Positions 36,481-50,765 of a stretch of 64,000 nt of DNA are shown here, piece by piece. The stretch lies in contig CM022673.1 in the NCBI GenBank assembly GCA_012295275.1, positions 8,680,001 to 8,744,000 on the forward strand, written 5' to 3'. How positions within the stretch are numbered: position 1 is the first letter of the stretch; each line of letters begins with the position of its first letter. A program made the position numbers and the translations under genes. A model generated the notes under the pieces. It was not told the origin of the DNA and made no database searches. It saw nothing but the letters and a program-made list of their open reading frames with translations. The DNA is from Chrysomallon squamiferum (taxonomy: Eukaryota > Animalia > Mollusca).

Positions 36481-39400
36481 TCGACGATAGTGGACCTTTA
36501 ATTTAATGTTTGTTCTCACAATGCAGAAACTGTATTCCAAAATGAGCGAAATTTTATTTTATTTACATTAATGGTTTGGACATGATCTGATTTCAAAGAG
36601 AAAGTTTGAAAATAGGTATCAAACTGAATCCCTTTTTCAAATTCATGAAATCAAATTTTCAAACAGCATCCGTCACTTCTGCACACATCATTGTGCTATT
36701 TCCTACTGCAGTCAAGCTGTTCACTGTGTATCTTTAGTCAGAAAATGTTATGACGGTTAGAAATCGCAGCAGTAAGAATATTCTCTAACGAAGAAATCCA
36801 GTGGTACGCCGTGATCTGATGGGTAATAGTACTTCTGAAGGTTTGCTTACTCGAGGTTTCTTTCGCTCATTTTTCCCATTTCCTGACTCAATGACAAAAT
36901 GATCTTTAGTCAGGATTGAACAGACGGTCGATTAAACGAAACTGTACCGAGTATTTAACAAATACGCGACATCCTTTAATCACCGCGGAGTGTAAATTTA
37001 ATGAAACCATTAATATATCTAATGTTGTATAAATAAAGATAATTTAACTGACGCTGCTTGCGCGATTCTGCGCAAGATCCTGAACAAGATCGACTATAAT
37101 GTTAGTCGACATGTTTTCCTTGTTTTTACTCGGCGGTAAGACAAACAGAAAATGTCGTGCTCCAAGAAGGAAATGGGATCAAGTTTCTTGGCTGGTCAGA
37201 AACGGCACAGTTCGTGATTTAGTTCGGTTTTGAACGGATCAACGTGGCCAACTTGAATGTTGAAAGCAATTACTGAACCGAGGCGATGCTTGGAAGGTCA
37301 ACAATAACCAGTCGATTAATAGCAACTGTATCTGCGGAACTTTCGTTGGGAGACAGTTAAGCGACGCGCAGACGTGACTATTTGACGTCCTTCTGCTTTT
37401 CTTGTTATCTTCATACATTTGAAAATATATTTCTCAGTGTGCCTGCAACTGAAACACCAGCGAAAATGGATATTTCAGACGTCAGGCACCACACAAAAAT
37501 CAAGCCTTGGGTATGATGGTTTAAAGAATGACCTTTCTCGTAGAGTACAGTGACCAGACATTATTTCCCGTTCCAATCAAAGACACGGGTGTCACGAGAC
37601 CATAATAATTATTTACTTATGTGTTTTTGGTTAGGTGCTTATATAAAAATAAAATATTGCTAACAGAAAAGAACAGCCTATAAAATATGTAGTGTTGACG
37701 AATCCATAGATTGTCAATTTTATTTTATTTGTTTACTTATTATGTACGAAACGAGTCATGATATCAGAATAAATATTGGTTCATGCATTTGCGAGCCTGT
37801 TATGTCCAAAACTTCTGTTCTGAGTACTACACTGGAAAAATCAAACAGAGGGAAAATTAAATATAAAAAAATACCAAACAAAAACAATAACTGAAATAAA
37901 AATACCAAGAACGTCCCAAAATTTTATCATTTTTTAAAGATTTGAAAATCAATATTTAATATTTTATAAGATATTTGCTATTACGTCTATGTGCTCTGAA
38001 GAACATTTACTAATTAACTGACACAGGGAACTAATCATGAACGTTTTAAAACAGAAAATGTGGCTTTAATTTCCGATGGGGAAAAAATTATTAAAGTTTG
38101 TTCTTCACGCAGCCCTAAGCAAGACCTTTGTGAATGTCAAGCGTTCTGGATTTTCAGTGCACTAAATAGCGGTCTGTAAGAATATTAAACATAGTTTTAG
38201 TTTCAGGAAAATGAATTTTTCAAATAACTAAGTTTCTTCATTCGAAAGTATGGACTATTTAATATAATTATTGTGAGAAGATTCTCTATATATGATACAC
38301 TGTAATACAATGAAATATAATATAATTACATATATGAGATAATCTGTCTTTATTCATCTTCCCGTACTTCAGTCGGTCGATCGATAATCTGTTTGCATTT
38401 ATGTCCATCATTTATCGTTCTGTCGTCTATCTCTATTTCATTATTCAACTATATATGGTTGTACGTATGTATGTATAAATCACATTTTATAATGATTAAA
38501 AATATATGTTTAAGATGAAAATGTACGCATAACTATACAGTTTCATTCCTGAGTACGCTGTTAGAAAGATTATGATAATCTTATAAACAAATGCCACTGC
38601 AGAAACTAATCACCAACTCCATTAGTTGTCGCTGGATATATTCGGCTGCTTCTGGCGACACCTGTCATTTGGTAGTCTCTCATCCGCCGAACTCAGGCGA
38701 CAGCCTTGATGACGTGTCGTCGACTGGTCGTTTGCTTTTTGGGCGTCGGACCGAGTGACAATTAATAAGCCTTTAATTTGGACATCGGCGACTTAAGTAA
38801 TGAATACCAGTGACACAATGTCGTTCGGTCGTGTGGTACCTGAAGAAGACGAACAGTGACAGATTTTTGAAGACGATTCTATCATAGAAAAATGTCCACT
38901 TCTTATATCTCTTTAGTGAGAAATTTCCTTTAGTCTTGTAGTTATTAGCGATTGAAATAGAGCTAATAATGAACTTCCTTGATGAACGTCACCATAGCCT
39001 TCAATTTAGATCATTTCCCATCCAACTGTCATCCGGTCCTTTACAAATAAAATCTTGAAAAAGAAATGCAAAGTTCATCGTTAGACGAGTGACAAGAATT
39101 CACTCATTAATAGATAGGAGATATAATGCCTTTACCCATTCTGGCTGAAAATCGGAATTACGACAAAATCTTAATGGACGTGTCTAGCAGAAGTCAAATT
39201 AGTGCTATAATTTCGTGGTATTTTCCTCCCAGTGCCGGGAGAGTCCAGCGAACGAAATTATTTCCTCATACTGCATTGCCAAAAGCGATTTATCTTCATG
39301 TATATTGACGAAGACATTTTGTTATCTCCTTTCAAAAAGAATTTTCAAAGGAACGTTAAATCGTCAACAAAATTTAATTAAATTTGGTTTGCATTTTGTT

Positions 39401-39540
39401 GTGTAGAATTTGAGGCTTTTATTTGTTTCGAGTATTTATTGTAGAAAACATTGTTAAGTCAAAAAAAAAAAAAAAAAAAAAAAAGGCTGAAACGGAAAGC
39501 GAAAAATTAAAAAAGAAAGAAAAAGAAAAATGGCTTCGAA

Positions 39541-39575
<35 letters not shown>

Positions 39576-39679
39576 TACTATATTTATTCAAGTAAATACG
39601 TTTTTAAAGCGTCCGTATTTTATCAGTCGAATAACTCATTAAATAAGAGTAAGACAAATGTTTTTAGAAAACATATTTT

Positions 39680-39864
39680 TATACACCTACATACATACAC
39701 ACATAGAGACCTACATACATACACACACTCATACACACAAATACATACATACATATACATACATACATACATACACACATACTTACATACATACATACAT
39801 ACATACATATATACATACATACATACATACATACATACACACACACACATACATACATACATAC

Positions 39865-39897
<33 letters not shown>

Positions 39898-39910
39898 TGC
39901 ATACATGCAT
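39680..39910. repeat. (TACA)n/(CA)n compound microsatellite
   Basis: Direct reading. Confidence 0.92.
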
Positions 39911-40142
39911 GCATAATCTATCCATTTCTGTCTCTCTTTCAATCCCAACTTTTCTGGTTTTTCCCTACAGACGAACTGAAAGTTGGTCATTAAATAACAT
40001 TAGTTTAAATTAAAGCTTTCAAATTTATTGGTTAACATCCAATTTGTAAATTTCTCACCCACAGTTCTCGTAGTCCGGATCTTTCACTTACAAGAATGTG
40101 TGTGGTGTGTATATGTCTGTCTGTCTGACTGTCTGGCTCTGG

Positions 40143-40341
<199 letters not shown>

Positions 40342-41466
40342 CTCACACACAACATTTTGATTACGATAAGGAATGGATGATTATATTATAATTTTCCCAA
40401 TAAACATCTCTTCACTTTATTAAAATCAATATCTTTTCTGTGAAAATCATGTCTTGGACAGAACGTTGACAGTGTCAGACATCGATCCCACTACAGGCAT
40501 GCTAGGACATTTCTCTCTAAATAGAAGATATCAAGAAATTACCCGCAGATTCATTATCAACATCTTCATCAGCATTACCATCATCATCACATCGTTATCA
40601 CAATAACGTAGACGCACAGCAAATCGAGAGAATCATTCAACCTACATTCTTAATATCGCTCATGTCAAATAAGACCACTTTTTTTTTGAGTCTGCGGGGA
40701 TCACCGGGGTGAAAAAAAACAACCCTGACATTTCTTTGCAGTTGCATATTGATTACAGCGATTTCATATGGCGAAATTCGCTATATTGGATATGCCTATA
40801 TTTTGATCCGGTCAACGATAGCATCTTTCTAATGAGAAACGACGAGCGGGCGGAGACGTGGTACCGCAGACTGGCTGAACGAAATCAACGTGATCAATAG
40901 ACAGCCGACAGCTGCAAGCTACTATCCCAAATACACACGATTTAATAAAGCTTCCAACCAGATACAGAGGTTATTTCAACATGGGATGGTGACCGCGGGC
41001 ACACGGACAAGTTATTTATTCGACTTTTTCGAAAGAGACTGTAAAGACTTTCTCGTATGAGGGTTCTCTTTGAGACTGCAGAAATTCTCTCTTAGAGATT
41101 ACCTTTCTGTTTCACACTGTAAAATCTTTCTTTTTATTCTTTCTTTTTTTTTTTTTTCTAAAACTTTATTCAAAAGAAGAAATGTTCCATTAAGCACACG
41201 ACGCTCGCTACCCGTTTTGTTTGACCATCTCTGAAATTGGATTTAAGAAACACGGTTTTGGGCGAGTACATTTCTTGCGTTACAACATGAAAACGAGAAG
41301 ATTAAATGAAGCTGCAGCTTTCTTCTTCTTCTTCTTCTTTTTCTTCGCGGCTGTGTTGGAACTTTGTTGGTAAAGTAGGACGTGAAGTTCTGTCAACAGG
41401 TTGTTAGAGTGACATAATCAGAAGCTACTTAAAGACTGAAGGAAGACTTTGTCTTTCTGACAAAAA

Positions 41467-41500
41467 ATGATTCCATTTACACTGACCCTTCATCTGATAG
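41467..41500 (+). CDS. Candidate coding end of a first exon (MIPFTLTLHLI + phase-1 intron) of an unidentified large-intron gene
   Basis: AAAATG start context and 11 hydrophobic codons, then a perfect AG|GTAAGT donor at 41501 followed by an abrupt shift to AT-rich sequence. Preceded by ~500 nt of 5'UTR-like sequence and a CpG-rich stretch at 40690-41010. No downstream exon identified. Confidence 0.4.
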
Positions 41501-41730
41501 GTAAGTAAATAATATTGTAGAATTTTTAAAATTTATTTGTGTTTTATTTACTGGATAAGAGTTTTATTTTTTGGGTTGTTATTTTTTGAAGAGGCTGAAT
41601 GAATAAAGGAATTGAAACATTTTTTTTTTCGTAAATGGAGTCGTATAGCCATTTAGTTAGTTATATTAAATTTAAAACACTCTGTGATAAGAATGTGCTA
41701 TAAAAAATAAATAAATAATATTAATAATAA

Positions 41731-41777
<47 letters not shown>

Positions 41778-41845
41778 ACAAACAAATAAATAAATAAACA
41801 AATAATAATAATAAAAATAACAAATAAATAAAATATTAATAAATG

Positions 41846-41879
<34 letters not shown>

Positions 41880-42243
41880 CGGTTGTGGTCATATACTGAA
41901 CAGCTAAAATTCCCAGTTATTATTCTTATTTTATTTCAAAGGTTTTAGAACAAAACTTATTCTGGACACAGTATGAAAAAAGCTGTAATGTTCTACATTA
42001 AACAATTACCCATTAACAATTGTTTAGGTTCATTTAACTTAAAATGTTCTTGGATGTGAATTAATTGGTCTAGAGCAGAATGATTTTTTATATTTTCTTA
42101 TTTTATTTTTTTAAAGTTAATTATATAGTTATTTAAAAAATATGCGTGGATAAGAATTATTTCACCTTCCACAGAGATTTTTCACCCCACCTGGATTATT
42201 GACACACAGTTATTTTTTTTTTAGTTAAATTTAAATGTACTGG

Positions 42244-42281
<38 letters not shown>

Positions 42282-43732
42282 GTTGCCTTGAATAATATAT
42301 ATAAGAAGAATAAAAATATTTTTCATATGTCACGATTATGGATGTGACTACTAGGACTTTAATATTGTAAAAAAGATTCAGCTCTTTTAAATTTTATTTA
42401 TGTATAAATAGAGCTAAATTTAACTCAGTATTAAATGTGTTCTAAATATAGCTGTTTTATTTACTCGCCGATTAGCAACCCTTTATGCTTGTATATGTGT
42501 AAATGTGTGTTTGTGTGAATGTGTATACTTTTACACACATACATACTCATATGCATAATACATATGTGTGTGTGGTGTTTGTTTTAGTATGTGTAAATTA
42601 TAAAATGTGTGTATTTGCATGTATATGTAACATGCTTCTATATATAAATTATTGTTATATTCTTTTTCAAATTTTAAAAACTTAAATTTTTGCTCAGATT
42701 TTCGTAATAATAATAATAATAATATTTATTAATTATTATTATTATTATAATTATTATTATTTTTTTCATATTTTACACATATTAAAAGGATATTTCGGCA
42801 CTTCTCATAATGTTATAGTATTCTCAATATAGTCATTTATTATTCATAAAAAAAAAAAAAAAATTAAATAAATGAATAAAGAAGAAGAAACAACAGAAAA
42901 GATACTTAAATTATTTTAATGTAAAAAATTTAGTACCTTCATTAGTATTTTATGATATATAAAGGGAATAACTGGTCGTTGTCTTAAGATAAGAGCTTTA
43001 TCCTGCGAAGGTAAGAATGTCAGTTTGCAGCGAGACCATGACGAGCAGCATCCGGCCATTTGACCTGAATAGAAAAAGACGACGTCTAAAGACCAGTTAT
43101 TTCTTTTGTTCTGCAATCCTAATTAATACAAAAAGTAAATAAAATGAATTGTTTTATTTCTCAACCCACCACTCTTGACAGTAGAACATTCACGCGTATT
43201 GATTTCGTTGTTGCTATACATCAAAACAAAATAGTTCTTAAATAAGAACATTTTATTTGTTATGTTTTTGTACTGAAATGATCTTTTCAGGTCTAAATCA
43301 GCTATTAAATACTAAAGAAATAACTTTGAAGAAGTAATTTATCGAAGTGAATGCAGTTTCTTCCCAAAAAGCTACGTAGAAATATAGAAATTTTCAGTGA
43401 TTACAGGACTGATACACACACACACACACACACACACATATACGTATATGTTATTTTTAAAAAAAGTGTAACTTTTTTTGATTTGGTTAAAACAGTTTGA
43501 CTTCTCTCCCTTCTGTTTATTTTTTTTTTTTTTCTTAATTAAAAATGGAAAGCTTACATTGTTCAGAAGAATAAGAGAAACAGAAAAAGAAACTGAATTA
43601 ACTAAATTAAATTGTACTTTAAGTTCCTCAGAAGTTATGACAATTTAATCCTGAAATTCTAACGTGTGATCTTTTTTCAGTCCCTGGTGATATAATAGCG
43701 TTCATCTATTTTAATCCATAGCCACACATTCT

Positions 43733-43886
<154 letters not shown>

Positions 43887-44629
43887 CATAAAATAAAACC
43901 TTAAATAAACATGTACTTTGCTGTATGCATTCGGCTGTACATACCTTATGTTTTTTTTTTTAATATATATATATATATATATTTTTTTAATTTTTGTTTC
44001 TGGTGGTGGTAACAGATTCGGGAATATTACAATTTTATTATTGCTATTTTTTTAAATGAATATGAAAAGGTTAACTGTAACAGTTTATAACAGTAATATG
44101 TCATATCCCAATTCCCGAGAGTTGAAAATAAAGTTAATTTTATAATTACATTTGTTGTATATAATTTCATAAGTAAGCCGGGGGTTCATTGTACCGTTTT
44201 ATTTTAGAGTTCATCTACAAAATGCAGTCTTTTAGTATTTCTAATTTTAGAAACCTCGGTAACGGTTACTTACTCTAATTTGTTTCCTTATTTCTTTTCT
44301 GTTTAGCAATTTTTTTCATTTTGATTACTCACCATATCCTTCTGTCTTTCTTCTTTATTCATTCATCCTTGTTATTCTCTTTTCTTTCAAATTAATTTCT
44401 TTGAAAGGCAAATTTATGAAACCATAAAAAAAAAAATATTTTTTCTTTCTTTGTGATTCTTCCGTCTGTTAATTCATTTTTTTTTTTCAGTGTGTGAGTC
44501 TTTCATTTCTTTGCTTACTCTTTCTGCTGTAAACATTATTTTACATTTAAAACTCTTCCAGCGAACATCTATGATCAAAATAATCAAACCTGAATAAAAT
44601 CTGTGACGTTCAACCATTTTTACCTATTT

Positions 44630-44810
44630 CTATGTTAGCATGTTAGATTATTTGTTATGAAAAGGAACTACTTATAATTGTCTAATAGCTGCATGTTAGA
44701 CTCTAAATTAATGGCTTTCTGTAAATCAGCACCGGGAACATGATGCGATCCGAGTACTTACAGGTCCCAAAGCAAACTGTTTAAATACTTTCCCAGCAAG
44801 AGAAGAGCTC
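44630..44810 (-). mobile_element. Decayed tRNA-derived SINE (family B)
   Basis: Shares TGTTAGCRTGTTAG (44633 vs 61248) and TGATGCGATCC (44741 vs 61334) in the same order with the 61.2-kb copy. Confidence 0.45.
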
Positions 44811-45867
44811 ACAAACTTTTTTTATAAAATAATACAAGTATAAATGTTTCAGTTTAAATTTTCATAATTTCTGCCATTCTTGTTGAACTATACTGAACTT
44901 TGGTATCACTCAGGCCATGATATGCTATATACAGTGCTATGGTAATCAGTAGATTTTACAAATGACTAAATAGGTGAAACTGATACATTATAAATACAGG
45001 TAATTTTACAACATCTAGATATAAACCTTCATTTTAAAGCAGACGAACAATGAATGACTGAAATAATTGGACACGCAAACGTATCGACAGGTGACAGATG
45101 TATGTACAGAAGAAAAAAAAAGAATCAATGTAGGAAAAGAAAGATAATTTAATAGAAATCCGATAGACAGATAGATATATAGACAGACAGACAGACAGAT
45201 AGATAGATAGACAGGCAAACAGACTGACAGATGTACAGAAAGATGCACGGTTAGACAGATAAGATGGATGGATGGTTGGATGGAGAGAGAGAGAGAATTA
45301 GATATATAGATAGATAAATTGGATGGATGGATGATGGACAGACATCAGACAGTCAGAAAGACAGATGGTTTTGTGTATAGGTAGATAAGGCAAGCAGGCA
45401 GAGGGAGAGACAAACAGATAGACAAGTACACAGTTAGATATTTCGACGAACACATTATTATTATTATTATTATTACTACTACTACTAAAACTCATCGACA
45501 AAAGCATTTAAACTCCAAATTCCTTTTAAAGCACAGGTCAAAAGTTCGACACAACGATTTTTTTCTGTGTAGTAAAACAAACCATCAAATTTTTTAATAT
45601 ATACCCTCTCTAACAGCCTAATTATATTCCGTGAAACTCAATACATTGCAACTAATAAGACTAATACAGAATAATACAAATCACTAATAGGACTAATATA
45701 AAACAATTCAAAGAATCTGGGAAGATCAGATTAATTAGTATGCTGGTATTGACCCGGTAATCAAAGACAAATATAATTAACACACGACAAATTCTCACAG
45801 AGAAAAGGTGGGAGATACAATTGATATTATTAATAATTTTGGTTTATTATATTGCGTTGTGATTATA

Positions 45868-45895
45868 TATGTATGTATGTTTGTATGTATGTATG

Positions 45896-45927
<32 letters not shown>

Positions 45928-46072
45928 TGTATGTATGTATGTATGTATGTATGTGTGTATGAATGTATGTGTGTATGAATGTATGTATGTATGTATGTAT
46001 GTATGTATGTATATGAGTGCATTTGTATGGGTGTATATGTATGTGTGTATATGTATGTGCATGTGTGTGTGT
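45868..46072. repeat. (TATG)n microsatellite
   Basis: Direct reading. Confidence 0.92.
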
Positions 46073-47524
46073 GGAATTGCTTATCTTTTTTCTCTCCGTA
46101 TGTTCGTCAGTATTTACAAATGAACTCATGACGCTGTGAATTAATTGTACTTCTGATAATTTACAGAAATATTATTTTCTGCTCACAGCATACGTTTCGA
46201 TCTGAAAACTAATAAAAAAAATAATCAGTGAAACAAAAGAAAACGAAAACATTAATTTCTAAATATTACTTAAAGACGCTTTGCATAAAGAAATCAAATT
46301 CTAGGCCTTCCGGTACTGTACCAGAGTTAATAATAAACTGAAAATTAATGTGTTTGACATTGTTAAATTCTTTGGGTTAGGGGATTGTAAATATTCTCCT
46401 GTTTTTCAAATATACCTGTACACACAACTTTATGTATACATACAAACATAGTTATATTAAAATATATTATACACATATCGAATATACGAGAAGGGATAAA
46501 TCCTCATATACATTGCATCCATACACATATACAAACATACACATACATACAAAATCGTATACCTAACACACATTTAAACATTTATTTTAATTTATAAATT
46601 ACAGTATACATAAAACACTGGTATTCAATTTTCATGTAAGTTCACGAAAATTATGTATTTTTAATTATATGATAAATTCATTGTTTTTGATGAAATGATT
46701 AAATATCCCTAAACCAAAAAAAAAAAATAAATAAAAAATAAAAAAAAGAATCAAAAAAAGTAAGATAGAAAGAAAAGAAAGAAAGAAAGAAAGAAAGAAA
46801 GAAAAGAGCATTCCTACTCTGTCTTCTTCGTGAATCCCAATTTAACAATGAACGAAGTAACATCGGTTTTTTTTCCAAATACTTTTACGCTAGATTAAGA
46901 AAGAAAAATGGTAGCGAAAATCTGCAAACAAGACAGCGCCAACGCAGTTTTTCAAGCAGAAATACTGGATTAATTCTGTACTTACAATTTTTTTCTTCTT
47001 CTTGTTCAATATTATTTTGGTATACAAAGGTTGCTTTCACAAAATCTTTTTGCAGCGCTGATAATGTTATCTTTTTTGAATGAATCAAATCCTATAGATT
47101 CACCACGATAAAAACTACTGGTTTAGAGGATTGATGGAAAAAGGTTTATAAATGGCATTTTAATTTAAATTTTTTTCTTGTATTTTTTGTTTCTGTTTTA
47201 TTTGGTTTGTTTGTGGGAATTTATATTGTATTAATTATTTATATTTTTTAAACAATTTTGGTTGTTTTCTTTTAAACCACAAAAAAAAAAAAAAATTAAA
47301 AAAAAAATTAAAATTCATGCACTAGATTATTTTTGTTTGGAACGGGAAATTGCCGTTATAATACCTTGAGATTACAAAGTAATGTGAAGATATACAATTT
47401 CGAAGCATAAACTGTTTATGGATATTTGATGGACATTGTGTATAGATATTTTATTTACAGCAGAGATCGAATCTTCCTAATAACTCGGTAAATAATAATG
47501 AATTATATATAAAAAAAACTGCTT

Positions 47525-47596
47525 TGCCGTGACCAGGATTCGAACCTGGGTTATTGCGGCCACAACGCAAGGTACTAACCACTATACGATCACGGC
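47525..47596 (-). tRNA. tRNA-His (GUG)
   Basis: 72 nt GCCGTGATCGTATAGTGGTTAGTACCTTGCGTTGTGGCCGCAATAACCCAGGTTCGAATCCTGGTCACGGCA. Full cloverleaf, GTG anticodon, A/B boxes, T8 Pol III terminator 6 nt downstream (47518-47511), upstream TATA-like element. Confidence 0.97.
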
Positions 47597-47662
47597 TACA
47601 AAGCAGACATGCTATATATTCTAAAAGTTATCGAGATCTTTCATATCTCAGACCTCTGCAAC

Positions 47663-47723
<61 letters not shown>

Positions 47724-47730
47724 TTATTAT
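47663..47730. repeat. (TAT)n microsatellite
   Basis: Direct reading. Confidence 0.92.
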
Positions 47731-49580
47731 AGATAATGTTTAAAAACGAAAATAAAATAAAATAAAGGCTTAAAGAAATACAGTCACCATATGGAAACTT
47801 AAGCAAAGTTCAGCAAGTGCTTGCAGATACATATCTTTACCTTCCGCGACATATCACGAAGTATGGCATTTAAATCTTTCCCCGCTGTTTAAAGAGTTTA
47901 TCTTAACTTGAACACTCGCTGTTGGAAACTGTGCGTTTAGATAACTGTATTATTTGTATGGTGACAACAGCGACGTTTTCCAGTCAATGGTTGTGTCAGT
48001 GTGTATGTATGTATGTGTGTTGTGTGTGTGGGGAGACAGACAAACAGGAAGAGATAAAGAGACAGAGAGAGAAAAAAGAAGAACAAGACAGACAGAGTGT
48101 GAAAGTCCGTTAACTATTTATTTTTTGTCTGAATTTACGTCTGAAAAAGGCTACAACTCTCCTTCGTCGTAATGGCGAAGTTTATTATTAGTAAAGGTTA
48201 GTATCTAGTTTTGGGTCTGTTCGTTTTACCATGAAATTTCTTTTATTGATGCTCTGACAATGCAAGATTTAAAAAAAAAAATATTTGATTTTCTTTTCAT
48301 GATTTATCATCCTTATACGCTGCTAGGTTTCCTTTCAGAATTTATCATTCGTATACGTCTCTTTTAGGACTCATCATCCAAGTGCGTTGCAGAACTTCGT
48401 TTCATGATTTATCATTCGTGTACGACACTAGATGTCTTTTTTAATTTTTATATACAACGTCTAATATCTGCACTCGAGTTCAGTGTTGTACAGTGTGTTT
48501 ATTGACCACGGCTGTGTAAAGACACTGCCAGTTGCAAATCATTATTTTGCAGACAGTCTCCTATTTCAATGTGATTTCTCCACGCAAAGCAGCAGTTATT
48601 TTAAAACCTAAAGCTTCCTCACTATGATTTTATTTTGTCAGTGCTAAAAATACAGCGTTTAGGAATGGTGTGAGAAAGTTCCTTATATCACCTCCATTGT
48701 TTATAAATTTCATGCCTAAACATGCACAAAATGTCGGCCCACCTCGCGTCAGTTGTTTGTAGAGTTCGCGTGTCATTTTATTTTTATTTTTATTTTATTG
48801 ATGTTGTTGTTGTTTATTGCTTTTAGCTAAATCAAATTGTTTCTAAACATATTTATCCCATTACGGTTTATGGGCTATAAAAAAAACAAAAAAAGAGTAA
48901 TAAAATATAAATAAATATAAGAAATATAAAATGATGAACGTGACAAAAACAAAAATAAAAAATAAAATAAAATAAAATAAAATAAAATAAAATAAAATAA
49001 AATAAAATGAAATAAATGAAACAACAAAAATCACATAACAATAAATCAATAAATAAATAATAACAACGATGATAACAATCAATATTTTTACCATCATCAT
49101 TATCATCATCACCATCATCATCATCATTATAAAAAAAAAAAAAAAAATTCATTGAAAATAACAAACACCAAACTCTTCCATTTTCTATAACGAAAGCAGA
49201 AGATCATGGCGTTGATAGTACAGGTTGATGCAGACGATAGACTCGGTGAAAAAAAAGAAAAAAGAATTACCCTTCATTAACCCTTTGTATGTCGTGGAGT
49301 GAAAACTGTAACATGCCCCCCGGGATCAGACAGACACCAATTTCAATGAAATGAAATCCGATCTAACCTATGACCCTGGAAGAATTCGTCAGTGAAATTA
49401 AGAAAATACTGGTCTCGGTCACTATGTCATATCTTGTCTTAGACGTTTTTGTTTTTTGCCATGCATCAAACTGCTCAAAAGCGCTGTTTCCTTGGCAGTT
49501 CCTGGTTTTGTCATATTTCTACAATACAGAGTGAGATATGTTTTCTTTTTCTTTCTTTTTTATATTCTTTGTGCTGCTTA

Positions 49581-49624
<44 letters not shown>

Positions 49625-50723
49625 AGCCATTCACTTTTTAATTCCTTCCAAATGATTTTTGTTCCTCATCCTTCTTTTATTCCTTTCTTTTTTATCCTTC
49701 CACGTTCTTCCTTTTCGTTTCACTTCATCTTTCTTCTTCATTCTTTTCCTTTCTTTTTTTATTCATTTTTTTTCGTGTCCATATTTCTTCCTAATTTTTA
49801 ATTATTTTTTCTCTTTGCCTCTATTTCGATAAACTGTACACTCCTAATATTAACTACAGACATTATTTTTTAATTTCACACTTTTCACACGCTCCACTTA
49901 CACCTCAACCTCTGACCAGTTTCGTCATTAAATACTCCGACGGGTATCGATCTCGCAACACGTCGCACCCGGGGCGGAAACGCTGTAGAAATGAGGCCAG
50001 TAAATAAAAAGAAGAATTACAGAAGCAAGGTCGGTTGTATAGGGCAGAGAGCGCCCAGGCGAACGCGGCATCCCATTGCCTTTTCAAGAGAAGTACGCCA
50101 ATGACTCAATTACGAACTTATTGGCAGCGCTTGTCTGTTTTGATGAACCCAAGTAATAATATCTGGACACCAAATCACAGAAAAAATCACTGGACCGTCT
50201 CTCGAGAGAGTTAAGTTTGACTGGACTTGGAATGGAACCCCGTGGTATATGAGAGTCGATGATGTACGGGGTCAATAAAAGACATGCATTTGTTGTTCGC
50301 ACGACTAAGAATATAATGAGGATGTAGCTAAAGGTCTACTTCACAATTAATTTTTTTTTTCTTGGCTTCTTGTTCTTGTTCTTGTTTTTTTTTTTTTGTT
50401 TTTTTTTTTTTTTTTTACAGATCTTTTTTACTTATGGTTTATGGTTATATATGTAGGGATAGTCATTATATTATCCTGTGTTATTAGAATATATTTGATT
50501 TACGATGTTCTGTGCTATGGCGACTGGAAGCGTACATGGATAGAGGGCGCTATTTTTATTTATTTTTTTAAGAAAGAAGAAAAAAAGAAGAACGAAATAG
50601 AACGGGTTATCGTTTATACCGTTTTTCTTTCTTTTGTGTGTGTGTTTCTGTGTGTGTGTGAGTGTGTGTGTTGTTTTCTTTGCCTTGTGATACTACACTA
50701 GAGATGGTGCTTATTGCAATATG

Positions 50724-50765
<42 letters not shown>

